Of a stretch of 64,000 nt of DNA, positions 42,401 through 51,500 are shown piece by piece (position 1 is the first letter of the stretch; the number at the start of each line of letters is the position of its first letter). A model generated the notes under the pieces. That model searched no databases. It saw only the letters and a list, made by a program, of their open reading frames with translations, and was not told where the DNA came from. The position numbers were made by a program, and so were the translations under genes. The stretch is from a virus: the IMG/VR virus record IMGVR_UViG_3300048833_000111, positions 32,218 to 96,217 of that record. One strand, written 5' to 3'.

Positions 42401-45400
42401 ATTATATACAAATGAAAGAGGTAATGTTACACTTAACAATGCTAATGATATTAGATTAGGTCTTAGTTTTAGAGTAGGACAAATGCCATTTATGACACTA
42501 TCTGATAAAGGTAGGATGTTATATATGAAAACTATTATGTTAGATGGTAAGGATGAACAATTTGTTTCTAAAGGAGAAACAATTGAAATATCAGATGATA
42601 TAATGGACCTATTGTTTCAACAAGTATTTGAATCTGAATATAATAGAATATTAGATGCTTATTCTAATGAAGACCCACATATAAAATCTTTTAGTGAAGG
42701 TTCTAAAATATTTACTTTCTTACCAATATTCAATACTTTAAAAGTAGATGGTGTTAATATACATGATATATTAAAAGAAAGAATAAAAAATGGAGAGGCT
42801 TTGCCTTCTATAAGTACATTTAGGGGAGAGGCTATTAAAATGCTTTCTGAATATATAAATTCAGAAGTAAACCAAAAGCTTGATGCCAATGGAAATGGTA
42901 TTATTACAGATTCTAATCTTTATGTAGATGGAAAATTGCTTAATATAGATACTAAATATTTATCAAAATTTGAAGGTACTCCTTTAGTTAAAGGTAGAAA
43001 ACTTTTTGCTGAACATGCAGTAAACAATTTATTACATCAAGTATCACTATATCAAATCTTTCTAGGGGATTTAGCATACTATACTAAATTTAAAGGTGTT
43101 ATAGATGCAGATGGATTTGTAAAGTCTGATGTTATAGAACAAGAGTATTTAAATATTGCTGAGACTATAGGACAGGTTGTGGATAAAAGGTCTGCATCTT
43201 TGATAGCTCCAGGATTTACTCTAGCTAATGCATCTGACACAGAGAATAAAAACTCTAAGTACATGCAACTGCAAATACTTGATGTAAACTCAATTTCAAG
43301 TATTATAGAGCCATTAATTAAAGCTAGTAAGGATGAATTATCAAAAGAAGAATTAAATGCATTAGAGGTCATTAAAAACCCTAATTCAACAAAACAACAA
43401 ATTTTATCAGCTTATGAAGTTCTTGAGGAAAATAATGAAGAGCTTTCAGCTTACTTTAATATAGAGGGTACTGATGCCCAAGAATATAATACTTGGAAAA
43501 CACACATAGATATTTTATTTAGACAGGGCAATCTTACAGGTGAGGAAAGAGATTTATTATCTTCAGTTTATACTAAGCTTTCAGAAGGTAAGTTTGATGA
43601 AGTTACAAAAGAAGAAACAAAAGTAGTGATGCAACCTATTAAACCAGTATATACTGGTATGGTTCCACTATACAATAAGGAAGGTAAGGTAATATCAATG
43701 AGACCTGTATATATCAAGTCCTCATCATTCCCATTACTTCCACATATTACAAAGAATTTAAAAATAGATAATCTAAGAAAGAACTTAGAAGCTTTAGAGG
43801 AATCTAGTGGTATGACAGTAAAAGCATCTTATCAGACTGCCAATAAAATTGGAGCTAATAAGACTATGCTTACAACTGATGATTTATATAATAAAACTTT
43901 TGAAGAACTTTCACAAGAGGTTAGAGATGGTAGAAGTGTATTGGAGTCTGCTACTTTAATGTTAGATACTAAGAATTTTAAGATACAACAAGAAACTCCT
44001 GATAAGGTTGCTAAATATTTGGCAAAGAATAAGGATAATGAGATATCTATGGGGTCTCAGTTCTGGAAAGTTATTCTAGGAAATGGTATAAACAAAATGA
44101 CTGATAAGATATTTCCTAATAAATTTAACAAGGATTTATTGGATTTAGTAGGTATAGAAAATACAGAGATGTTATCTGGAGAAGATTTAGATAAAATAAA
44201 TTTCTATGTATTTAATAATTTCTCTAAAGCTAAGAGTACTTTACTGTATAGTAGATTAGGATTGGATAGAAATATACCTTTTGCAAATCTTACTAAAGAG
44301 GAAAAGAAAACTGCTCTTGAGAATGTAATAAATATTCTTAAGGAAGAGGTTACATCTAGAAATTATCCAGAGTACTTAACTGAAAGTTTAAATTTAGTTA
44401 CAGATGAACAAGGTAATGTAAGTTTAGAAAGTCCTATCTTCTTAGATTCAAATGCAAATAAGTTTGAAAGTTTATTATTATCATTAGTAGCCAATAGTAT
44501 TATATTCCATAAACTTCCTGGACTTGGACACATTTCAACTTCATCAGAAGGATTTGAAAGAGTTTCTAATCTAGAAGAGTTATCAAGTACAGATAGACAA
44601 GGTATTGTATGGTTTGATAAACCTACTGGTAGACTTAAATCTACTATGTTAGATGATAATACTATATCTGAATCTGAGGTTCTTATTAAATCACATTTTA
44701 GAAGAACAAGAAAAGATGAGAATGGTAATAAAGTTACAGAACTTATAGATTTTACATCTGATACTTATTCAGAAGCTATTATAGAAGATGGTAAGGTAGT
44801 AGGTAGAAAGCTTAAATTAGATATGATGGATGAAGAATTGTTATCACAGTTCTCATTTAGGATTCCTACTTCTTCACACCAATCAGGTGTTATATTAAAG
44901 GTAGTTGGGTTCTTACCTCCAGAGGCTGGAGATATGCTACTTGTACCTGCTGAACACACTGTACAATTAGGAGAGGATTATGATATTGATAAGAGATATA
45001 TATATAAATCAAATTATATATTTGATGGAGATAGAATAACTAAATTAGATTATAAAAAAGATTTAAGAGATAAGAATGAGTTTGATAGATTATATGAAGC
45101 TTTACTAGGAGATGATGTACAGGAATCTGATAAAGATTTAAAAATAAGAATCAAAATGTATGAAAATGCAATGATTGATATTTATAAGTCTGTATTCCAA
45201 TCTCCATCTAAAGCAGTACAACAAAAAATATTTAAACCATTATCTGTAGGTGTAGCTAAAGAAACTGCATTCCTTATGGACTCAAAACTCAATGAAGATA
45301 AACAACCATATTTCTCTACATTATCAGATACATATCAAAGAAAACTTCTTAAAGCTGGAGCTGATGGTAAGGGAGGTATTGGAGTACATTCTAATGCTGT

Positions 45401-48400
45401 TACACTTGAAGCACAGATGCAAAGATTAAGTGAGGATAATAAACTTCAATTAAGACATACAGAAAGAGATGAGGATGGTAATATTAGATATGTACCTACA
45501 GTTGAGATTATAGGTCCATTAGTATCTGATAGTAACCTAGGTGCATCTGAAGAATTTAAATCTATAGATGGTAGAAGGGATATAGCAGACCAACATGGTG
45601 AGAACCAAAACGTATCTACAGATAACATTAATGAACAAATTATGTCCAAAAGGAATGAAAACTCTTATACTATGAGTGTATATGCACTTATGGCTACTAG
45701 AGGGTTTGACCTTTCTGAGGATAATGTTGTTCAGAATAATAATAAACCAATGCACATACCTTCTCTATTTATAAATCAACCTATAATTAGAGATTATGTG
45801 AAAATGAAATCACAACAAGACTCTATATCTGGAGAGTTTATTGCAGATAAGGATAGTGATATATTAAATAGATTAGTTAGAAAATATGGAGGGAGTATAG
45901 CTCCTGGAGCTACTATAAGTAATTTCTTAAATGATTCAGTATATATGGAAGGCTCTAGGCAAATGACTGGACAAGCTTTATATGACAGTTTATCTGAAGA
46001 AATAGCTCTTAAGAATAATACAATGCAGTTAGCTGTATTACAAAAATTTGCTAAATTTAGAAATGAGTCTAGACAACTTTCTGAAATACAACAATTAATA
46101 TCTTTATCTACTTCAGGTTTAGGTGTATCTTATTTTGAGACATTACAAAGAATAAAAATGTTGGATAATTTACCATTTTCTGATATAAAGAATGCATATA
46201 AACTAATAGGTGATTTCCAACCTTCTGCTGAATTCTTAGGTATACAACCAGATGAAGAAATAAAATCAAATTCTCAATTGGAGAGAGAAGGTTATACTAA
46301 AATAGGTAATTTCCATTGGAAACCAGAGACTATTGAAGGGGTAATGCTTATAGATTCTTTAAAAGCAGCACAAGATTTAATGGATATATTTTTTCCATAT
46401 AAAGATGCTGCTATTGATGGAGTTATAGAAAAGATTACTTCTGAGAAAGATATTGATTTATCTAAAAAATCTAGAACTGTATTAGAACAACAATATGAAA
46501 TAATGAGAGAGTTAAAATCTTTCATGAATACATATAAGAATGCACAATATTTTAAAGGAGATGTTAATGAAGAGAGAAGAAGATTATTTATAGATAGTGA
46601 AAATAATACTTCACTAGCTAGTATTGTAAAAGATATCCAAGATAAGAAGTTACCTCTATCAAATAATCCTTTTATTAGAAATCTTACTCCACAAATTCAA
46701 GCTATTACAGAACCTTCTTTACTATTATATAATAATACAGATAGTACATCTTTAGATAGTTACACTGAGTATGATGCATTTAGAAGATTGTTACTTGATG
46801 ATACAACTGTACTTGGAGAATATAATGGAGAAAGTATAACACCAAGAAAACTGGCACAGGATTTAGTTTCTTATACTATGTTAGCTGATTCACAGAATGG
46901 AGCTACTGGATTTGATACTTTAGTACCTATAAAATATTTACAGATTATAGGTTATAATACAGCAATTAATAATAATTATGCAACAGTCAAGAATAATCCT
47001 GATATGTTGAATAACTTTATAGAGCAGTATTTCCAACATAATCCAGAAAGAACTAATATATTAAGTTCTAGTACTATTGACCCTAGAGATATACTTACTA
47101 ATGATGAGGATATAAATAAAAAATTAGAAGCTCTTGCAGTTAAGAAAGAAGCTGGAGAACAAGTTAATCTAAACTTCCTTTTACAGGAATTAAAATCTTT
47201 TGCAATAGTAGATAATACAAAGTTTGGCAATTATGTAGCTATCAGAAATCCTAAAATAAATAATTCTGACAATAAGTTTAACTTGTTCAAGTATAATCCA
47301 GAGACAACTATGTATGAGCAAATACCTACTCTGGGAACCACTGGTATGAAAGAATACAATGCAGAAGTATTCCAACAAAGTTCAATACTTCCAGTATTAG
47401 AACCTGTAACTAAAACTAACAAAGCTAACAAATACTTTGATTTAGGTAATCAGGCATATACTGCAATACCAGAGATTCAAGCTATGTTACCTGCTAATAA
47501 AGGAGTAAGAGGTATTTTAGAAATATATCAAAATTCTGCTAATACTGATGATAAGACTAAAGAGTTTATTTCAAACTTACTTGAATATGGAGATTTAGAT
47601 GCTAAAATAGTTTATACAGCTCCAGCAAATTCTGCATTGGGACAATACAATGTTGACACTAATGAGATTTATATACATCCAGATATCTTTGATAAATTAT
47701 TATCTAATAATCCTAACTTAAGTGAAGTTAGAAATGTAGTAAGGGAAGTATTACTTGAAGAGGTAATACATTCTATGACTGTAAAGGAATTTAATAAGTA
47801 TGTAAAATCATATAATCCAACAACTGGAGAGATAACTTTAGTAGATAATCCACCATTATTTGCTACAAAATTAGTATCTTTGTACCAAGCAGCTAAAGAA
47901 TCTTTACCTTATAATCCAAGTAATAATACTTCATATTATTCTAAAAATATATATGAGTTTATGGCTGGAATGTTTGTAGCTGAAGATTATAGAAAAGCAC
48001 TTGAAGAAGCTAATCCTGGAATTGTACAGAAATTCTTGGAAGTTTTGAGAGATATGCTTGGTAATTTATATAAATCTGTAACTGGTAGAATTTTATCTTA
48101 TCAAGATGAAACATTCAATGCAGTTTATGATTTATTAAAAGCTAGAAATGTAAAGAGTAATGTTGCTTTTGTGAATGTATTTAATAATAATCCTATGGAC
48201 CAAATGATAGAGAAAGAGAGTATTCCAGAGTATGTACCCACTAAAAGTAGAAAGGTACTTAACGATGTAGATATAGCTAGATTTAATTCTTATTTGGAAA
48301 AAAGTAATAATTTACTGCCTGATACATTCTTTACATCAGATTCTACTTTTACAGAGTTTTATAATCCTGTAACAGGTAAAAAAGAAAAAGCACCACAGGA

Positions 48401-48572
48401 AAGTATATGGATTAAAACACAATATAATTTATATAATTTAACAGACCAAGAAACAGGTGAAATATATATTTCAAATGTAAATTTATCTACAGGATATGTA
48501 GATTTAGATATACCTAATTCAGAAGATATATTGTCTAGAAATAGATTACCTGAAATTAAAAATTGTAAATAA
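36414..48572 (+). CDS. Virion-packaged DNA-dependent RNA polymerase polyprotein (crAss-type, double-psi beta-barrel)
   Basis: FRIPTSSHQS and GEDYDIDK (DxDxD at 44976..44990); N-terminal Gly/Ala hydrophobic helices; C-terminal zincin-like domain. Confidence 0.9.
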   Translation: MEDEELQGVGTTEDIKKQEEILMAKARRKTLEKNLENSIFGTSSASINFKGINYASSDFAGGSYGKAAEQGDWSKWSMPDDMAYKAFQQQEIGDLIIDTLAGGSKLAVAGFLDMAASWDLAEISNVAQGNAMAETGNWLQQQADKLQSSAQQKNTIYQDGDNMWTAAYWANQGQQLGYSTGIVGEIVAEQAILALATGGSGNAAGLASKARFLKPLLTQGAMGLAGGMREAYMNARETQENVYSKFIQNGFTEEEAKAKADEAAHVSFKTEAGSLVVLNTLQNIFLFGGMGKIQPFNRAASPQLQMGFSSFGEQLLEKVLPETTSKFGKRAIQYGLIPAVTEGMEEGVQSLSQQWGEYSVGDKKEKFDPVNTELRDNVIGGALGGILLGAGAKAISKFNNYLGDNQFSKEYKNFIDTAVDRTANTFIEQEKIKREYQEAQIAYNKNKTQSNLEELNRAKQAVKQAKYNSHLTNAVNALQYDYIKGEGTQAFDAHIGQMQSVLDAVKNKDTEALRKHGLIMANGKERFAGSFETILNTFEQNIKDSEFIKQSLSNNLENVTTDFESAFDITKKEYTNSKYLQEISELEGQLAQAQMLDTYVSQLSTDGKTRFNLENELAALEQVENNKDTKGLSKEDQKRKKEIEKKLSELKYTDRDKKIIPNTNRKGYINAEISKISLGQAIDQNNLELNSLKDSNKITEKIKNRAKEKLKKAKTKDAITKAQQEAEQAGVADENFNKEVENKVKEVDNKDKIANIDSTGQTVSRPVQTKPKENSKESEPDSASLFSAFLKEGKISTAPNPEDDIINQAFSRQRIPNEQITDDLKDKANLFVKRKSQQLGKDVNLEDVIVDSIERNGLKNTEDVFQGIVALMETAGKDVSEANSLYYKYFEEDYNVFKSFTVEEADTTVNTVEKQAQQNTEFKDKFNVNGQPISTPVVERDYEDTRTNKSQPKIAFNFQEYERDGFIFTITSDKLKGDNHYILDSEFVNTGDILTVEVINDDSQPISSFSPNGTVTTSTWGEYKKTVEPNSQAYINKIPMGIYKKVGDTKVLVGHVHDATWYIPNNISEVNGKEEQERIAKEGYNNTVEVRKAILENGGTGSIEISRQFGALDKINKSKDTTPISIAKATGETILARIVEGNAGTIHLETQKGIPLDVVLEGDLQATNNGKRIFNPGGIADVRYAYTRPDGTKVYMALPVMQKKSNASNALREDLNPTIFNSLKYATLANIVLNNTNNSDVLKEIEKEFAFTVADAKDIQSKINSSLKVDIKNNLTGYMEFFVRMSNGSIVLDDKRKPSIKDLQNEYNIGKFKYLFGDNGVILKSSFNVNYNKLNASTLKDVYIPTINEQGKVEEKFKGYNDLVKNNTFTNVRSHQITKHDGSKQWIIDVHPLITYTLTDNISTGISSAQRAVEEVSQEMENNTSLNIPKEVLDTMSDEDIALLESLNRTMNQNNSFSSRRILSEGEVSNINNTIVDGRIELLTDLEFREMLDSLKHRFISNLDFNGSITVNQIKTNLENLVEKEIQPIIDTYKERYERFSKIPSLEPFAKELQSRIDKLQSSIDQKEKITGNNGVLLKELNKLFGFNLEEEYSGEEEFDSSNNFRKSFLEKDIKLSYSNKLRMSFFGVKQLKDSSNQEVINDLTGLPVYESPDYVELILKSITTEIPSNWNTLMDKLQTKYNQTNKPIYNQLRNNLKDLPQNLKNELLYKLISSRFTAHKIINSVQKGKGGNPDRYVLTVIDENSSKENIKLKKQTRDNFKFASPLTMVDVKTNEKILNLEQALKYQLAFKKHIKEDTFKNGYTKENATLLKSIFNAIGLNLSDNTIKEYLQYNDPFNNTKGLLSFVSKQLDKLISKAKHNKVVVTDEGNNLFDTANKALNDIIELEIALNGTNVAKSIRVGGKTLQGVIQNTSAYDTLRELVEQDSQLLDKLLSIGYTKDSLLLNQLRENPQIADILSLSFSSPDSYKVNGKKNYSDTEYDKLSDTDGLISMLGLYTNERGNVTLNNANDIRLGLSFRVGQMPFMTLSDKGRMLYMKTIMLDGKDEQFVSKGETIEISDDIMDLLFQQVFESEYNRILDAYSNEDPHIKSFSEGSKIFTFLPIFNTLKVDGVNIHDILKERIKNGEALPSISTFRGEAIKMLSEYINSEVNQKLDANGNGIITDSNLYVDGKLLNIDTKYLSKFEGTPLVKGRKLFAEHAVNNLLHQVSLYQIFLGDLAYYTKFKGVIDADGFVKSDVIEQEYLNIAETIGQVVDKRSASLIAPGFTLANASDTENKNSKYMQLQILDVNSISSIIEPLIKASKDELSKEELNALEVIKNPNSTKQQILSAYEVLEENNEELSAYFNIEGTDAQEYNTWKTHIDILFRQGNLTGEERDLLSSVYTKLSEGKFDEVTKEETKVVMQPIKPVYTGMVPLYNKEGKVISMRPVYIKSSSFPLLPHITKNLKIDNLRKNLEALEESSGMTVKASYQTANKIGANKTMLTTDDLYNKTFEELSQEVRDGRSVLESATLMLDTKNFKIQQETPDKVAKYLAKNKDNEISMGSQFWKVILGNGINKMTDKIFPNKFNKDLLDLVGIENTEMLSGEDLDKINFYVFNNFSKAKSTLLYSRLGLDRNIPFANLTKEEKKTALENVINILKEEVTSRNYPEYLTESLNLVTDEQGNVSLESPIFLDSNANKFESLLLSLVANSIIFHKLPGLGHISTSSEGFERVSNLEELSSTDRQGIVWFDKPTGRLKSTMLDDNTISESEVLIKSHFRRTRKDENGNKVTELIDFTSDTYSEAIIEDGKVVGRKLKLDMMDEELLSQFSFRIPTSSHQSGVILKVVGFLPPEAGDMLLVPAEHTVQLGEDYDIDKRYIYKSNYIFDGDRITKLDYKKDLRDKNEFDRLYEALLGDDVQESDKDLKIRIKMYENAMIDIYKSVFQSPSKAVQQKIFKPLSVGVAKETAFLMDSKLNEDKQPYFSTLSDTYQRKLLKAGADGKGGIGVHSNAVTLEAQMQRLSEDNKLQLRHTERDEDGNIRYVPTVEIIGPLVSDSNLGASEEFKSIDGRRDIADQHGENQNVSTDNINEQIMSKRNENSYTMSVYALMATRGFDLSEDNVVQNNNKPMHIPSLFINQPIIRDYVKMKSQQDSISGEFIADKDSDILNRLVRKYGGSIAPGATISNFLNDSVYMEGSRQMTGQALYDSLSEEIALKNNTMQLAVLQKFAKFRNESRQLSEIQQLISLSTSGLGVSYFETLQRIKMLDNLPFSDIKNAYKLIGDFQPSAEFLGIQPDEEIKSNSQLEREGYTKIGNFHWKPETIEGVMLIDSLKAAQDLMDIFFPYKDAAIDGVIEKITSEKDIDLSKKSRTVLEQQYEIMRELKSFMNTYKNAQYFKGDVNEERRRLFIDSENNTSLASIVKDIQDKKLPLSNNPFIRNLTPQIQAITEPSLLLYNNTDSTSLDSYTEYDAFRRLLLDDTTVLGEYNGESITPRKLAQDLVSYTMLADSQNGATGFDTLVPIKYLQIIGYNTAINNNYATVKNNPDMLNNFIEQYFQHNPERTNILSSSTIDPRDILTNDEDINKKLEALAVKKEAGEQVNLNFLLQELKSFAIVDNTKFGNYVAIRNPKINNSDNKFNLFKYNPETTMYEQIPTLGTTGMKEYNAEVFQQSSILPVLEPVTKTNKANKYFDLGNQAYTAIPEIQAMLPANKGVRGILEIYQNSANTDDKTKEFISNLLEYGDLDAKIVYTAPANSALGQYNVDTNEIYIHPDIFDKLLSNNPNLSEVRNVVREVLLEEVIHSMTVKEFNKYVKSYNPTTGEITLVDNPPLFATKLVSLYQAAKESLPYNPSNNTSYYSKNIYEFMAGMFVAEDYRKALEEANPGIVQKFLEVLRDMLGNLYKSVTGRILSYQDETFNAVYDLLKARNVKSNVAFVNVFNNNPMDQMIEKESIPEYVPTKSRKVLNDVDIARFNSYLEKSNNLLPDTFFTSDSTFTEFYNPVTGKKEKAPQESIWIKTQYNLYNLTDQETGEIYISNVNLSTGYVDLDIPNSEDILSRNRLPEIKNCK

Positions 48573-51500
48573 TGGCTTGTACAGTTAATACAAAAGATAT
48601 ACAAAGAGAAGTGAAACAACAATTCTTAAACCTAGATGGAGTTAGACCAACTCCATCTGGTGTATTTGAAAACTTTTCACATAACAATCCTGATAGTATG
48701 AGTACTAAGTTTAGTGATAAGATTAAAGAGCTTAGACAAACTTATCAGGAAAATACCTATGGAAAAATGCTAACTGTTAGTACAGAACAATATGGTACTA
48801 GAGTAGATATTAATCCTACACAAGCTTTAGCTGATGCTATGACAGCACAAAATGAAGCTGATGAAAAAATTACACAAAGAGCAGAAGCTAGTAATATACA
48901 AAGAGCTGATGCACAAAGAGCTGGAGTACAATATGAAGATGATTACTTATTTGATTCTAGAAGAGTAGATTATACTCTTAAGGCTGTTAATATATTATCT
49001 ACTCCTAAAGCTGAAGAAATTTTTAAAAGAGGGGATAAAAATAATTGGACTTTAGATAAAATTCTTACAGAACTTCAAGTACCTAAAGAACAAAAACAGT
49101 TAATAGTAAGTAAAAGATTAACTAATAGAGAAGAAATAATTACATCTTTATTAGGTGATAATAGTTTTGTTGTTGAGATAAATATTAGTAAAAGGTTTAA
49201 AACTGCATTAGATAGAAAAGAAAGTCTCGTTTTAGATGAGTATGGAAATGCTGTAATGAGTAATAGTAATGAGGAAATAAACTCTGACTTCTACTCAAAT
49301 CTAACAGTTCCAGGAGGTACTAATTATACAGAAAATGAAATAGCTACACCAGCTATTACTCCTTCTATTAAAGGACATGCACAGTTTAGTACAGATAATG
49401 GCATTGGATGGTTTAGAAGTGATGAAAAAGTAACTGTAAAAACAAACGATTCTAATACTTGGTATATAGTAAATCCTGAATTGGGAATACAAGAATTTAA
49501 CTCAAAAGAAGAAGCTGAAGAAGCTATTAAACAAAGTGGTTGGGGTAATGCTGTTGTAACTAACGATTTAAGTAATGATGGATTAATAAGTGGTTCTAAA
49601 ACTCGTAGAATACTTGAAGTACAATCTGATTTATTTCAGAAAGGTAGAGATAGAAAAAACTTAGTTAATTCTAAAATACCTACAGGAGAACTAGAAACTA
49701 TAGATTTTGATGATGACGGTAGACCTTTACCTTCTCCAATAATGAAGGATAATTTAAATTATGAAAGAGGTAATCAATTCCTACAACTTTTAAATAAAGA
49801 TAATAACTGGGTAACATTCTTTGTTAAATCTATTATTCAAGATAGCTCCAAAAAAGGTTATGAAAAAGTACTATTTCCTAAAGGAGATACTGCTGCTAAG
49901 ATAGAAGGACATCAAACTTTAGAAGAATTTAAGAAACAGAAAGAAAGTAGAATTAAAGAACTTGAAGAAGATATTAAAAATATTAATGTTCTTCTTGATA
50001 AAAAAGTTGATGCAATTGGAAATCCTTTTGAAGAAGGTCAACAACAAGGTTATGAAAATAAAATTATTCAAAAGAATAATGAAATAAACCAACTTAAACA
50101 AGAACTTGAAAGAGTAGATACTGAAGGATTTGCTGCTTTAAAACCTATTTATAATTTCTATGAAAATACTGTAGCTAATATTCTTAAAAAGAATTATGAT
50201 ATAACAGAAATTACTGATAAATATGGTAATAAGTGGAATGAAGTAGATTTATCTCAAGAACAAAATCAATCTTCAGAAATATTTTTATCTAGAAGAAACA
50301 GTAATCCTTCAAATAATATACAACCTCAAGGAAATAACTATGTAGAATTTGTAAGATACAAAAAAGAGAGACTTGAAAGTATAAATAATGAATTGGGTAG
50401 ATTAAACTTTACTTTAAAGAATAGTAACTTAGGAAGTAATATAGATGTTGTAGAGATTAATAATAGAATAAAAGCTTTAGAAAAAGAAAGTTCTATTATA
50501 TCTAGACAATTGGAGGCTTTATCCAAAGATGAGTCTAAGTATATGTTCCATGCGATAGAAGAAGATTTAAATAACTTAGAAAAAGTACTTGACTCAAATA
50601 ATATATTTGATATAAATAAAGTAAATTCTAGATTAGATTTCTTAGAGGAATTTATATCTGGAACTAACAAAGAATTCAAAGGACAGCCTTTGTCTGAATA
50701 TAATAATCCTGCTTTTGGTGTTATTGCTGGTAAGATTAAGGAACTACAGGTAAAAGCTACCCAAAGGATAATGGAAGTATCTAGAAATAGTATTGAAAAT
50801 TCTTCTTTGGTACAGAACTTAGTTTCTGAGAATCCTGACTTAGATACAGATAACTTATTTCAGGCACAGAAAGATTTAAACTGGTTGGAAACTTGGACTT
50901 TAGGTGTAACAGCAGATAGAACAAACAATACTGTCATACCTCAAGCTTTATACGCATTACTTAGAAACACTTTAACTAGAAAACAATCTACAGTTGAATC
51001 TTGGAATAAACAATTAAAGGCTTTAGTGGATGCAAATCCTGACCTTAAGAATCCTGATTTTATAAAAGAGAAGGATTCCTCAGGAAATGAAACTGGCTTT
51101 ATTGTAAATCTATTTAGTCCTGCATACTATAAAGCAATGGTTAAGTATAAGAAACTAATAGATAACTTTATAAGTGACTCTAATCAAGAAAATTATAATA
51201 AAGTTGTTACTGAACTTTTACAACATAATAATGTAATTGATTTTACAAGAATACAAGCTGTAAAAGATTTATATGGAAGTACATATCCAGATTACTTTAC
51301 TTCTAGTGAAGAAAATATGGATAAGTATGAAGAATCTTTAAGAAAAGGTCTAGGTCCAAAATATGATGAAGTAATAAATCAAATACTTAATAGGCTAGCT
51401 CTATTTGAAGAAAAGAAAATAGATGCCCTAAGTGAGGGTGGACAGTATGTATCAAGAGATTTGGCATCACAAGATATTTGGAAATTTAATGAAATAATGA

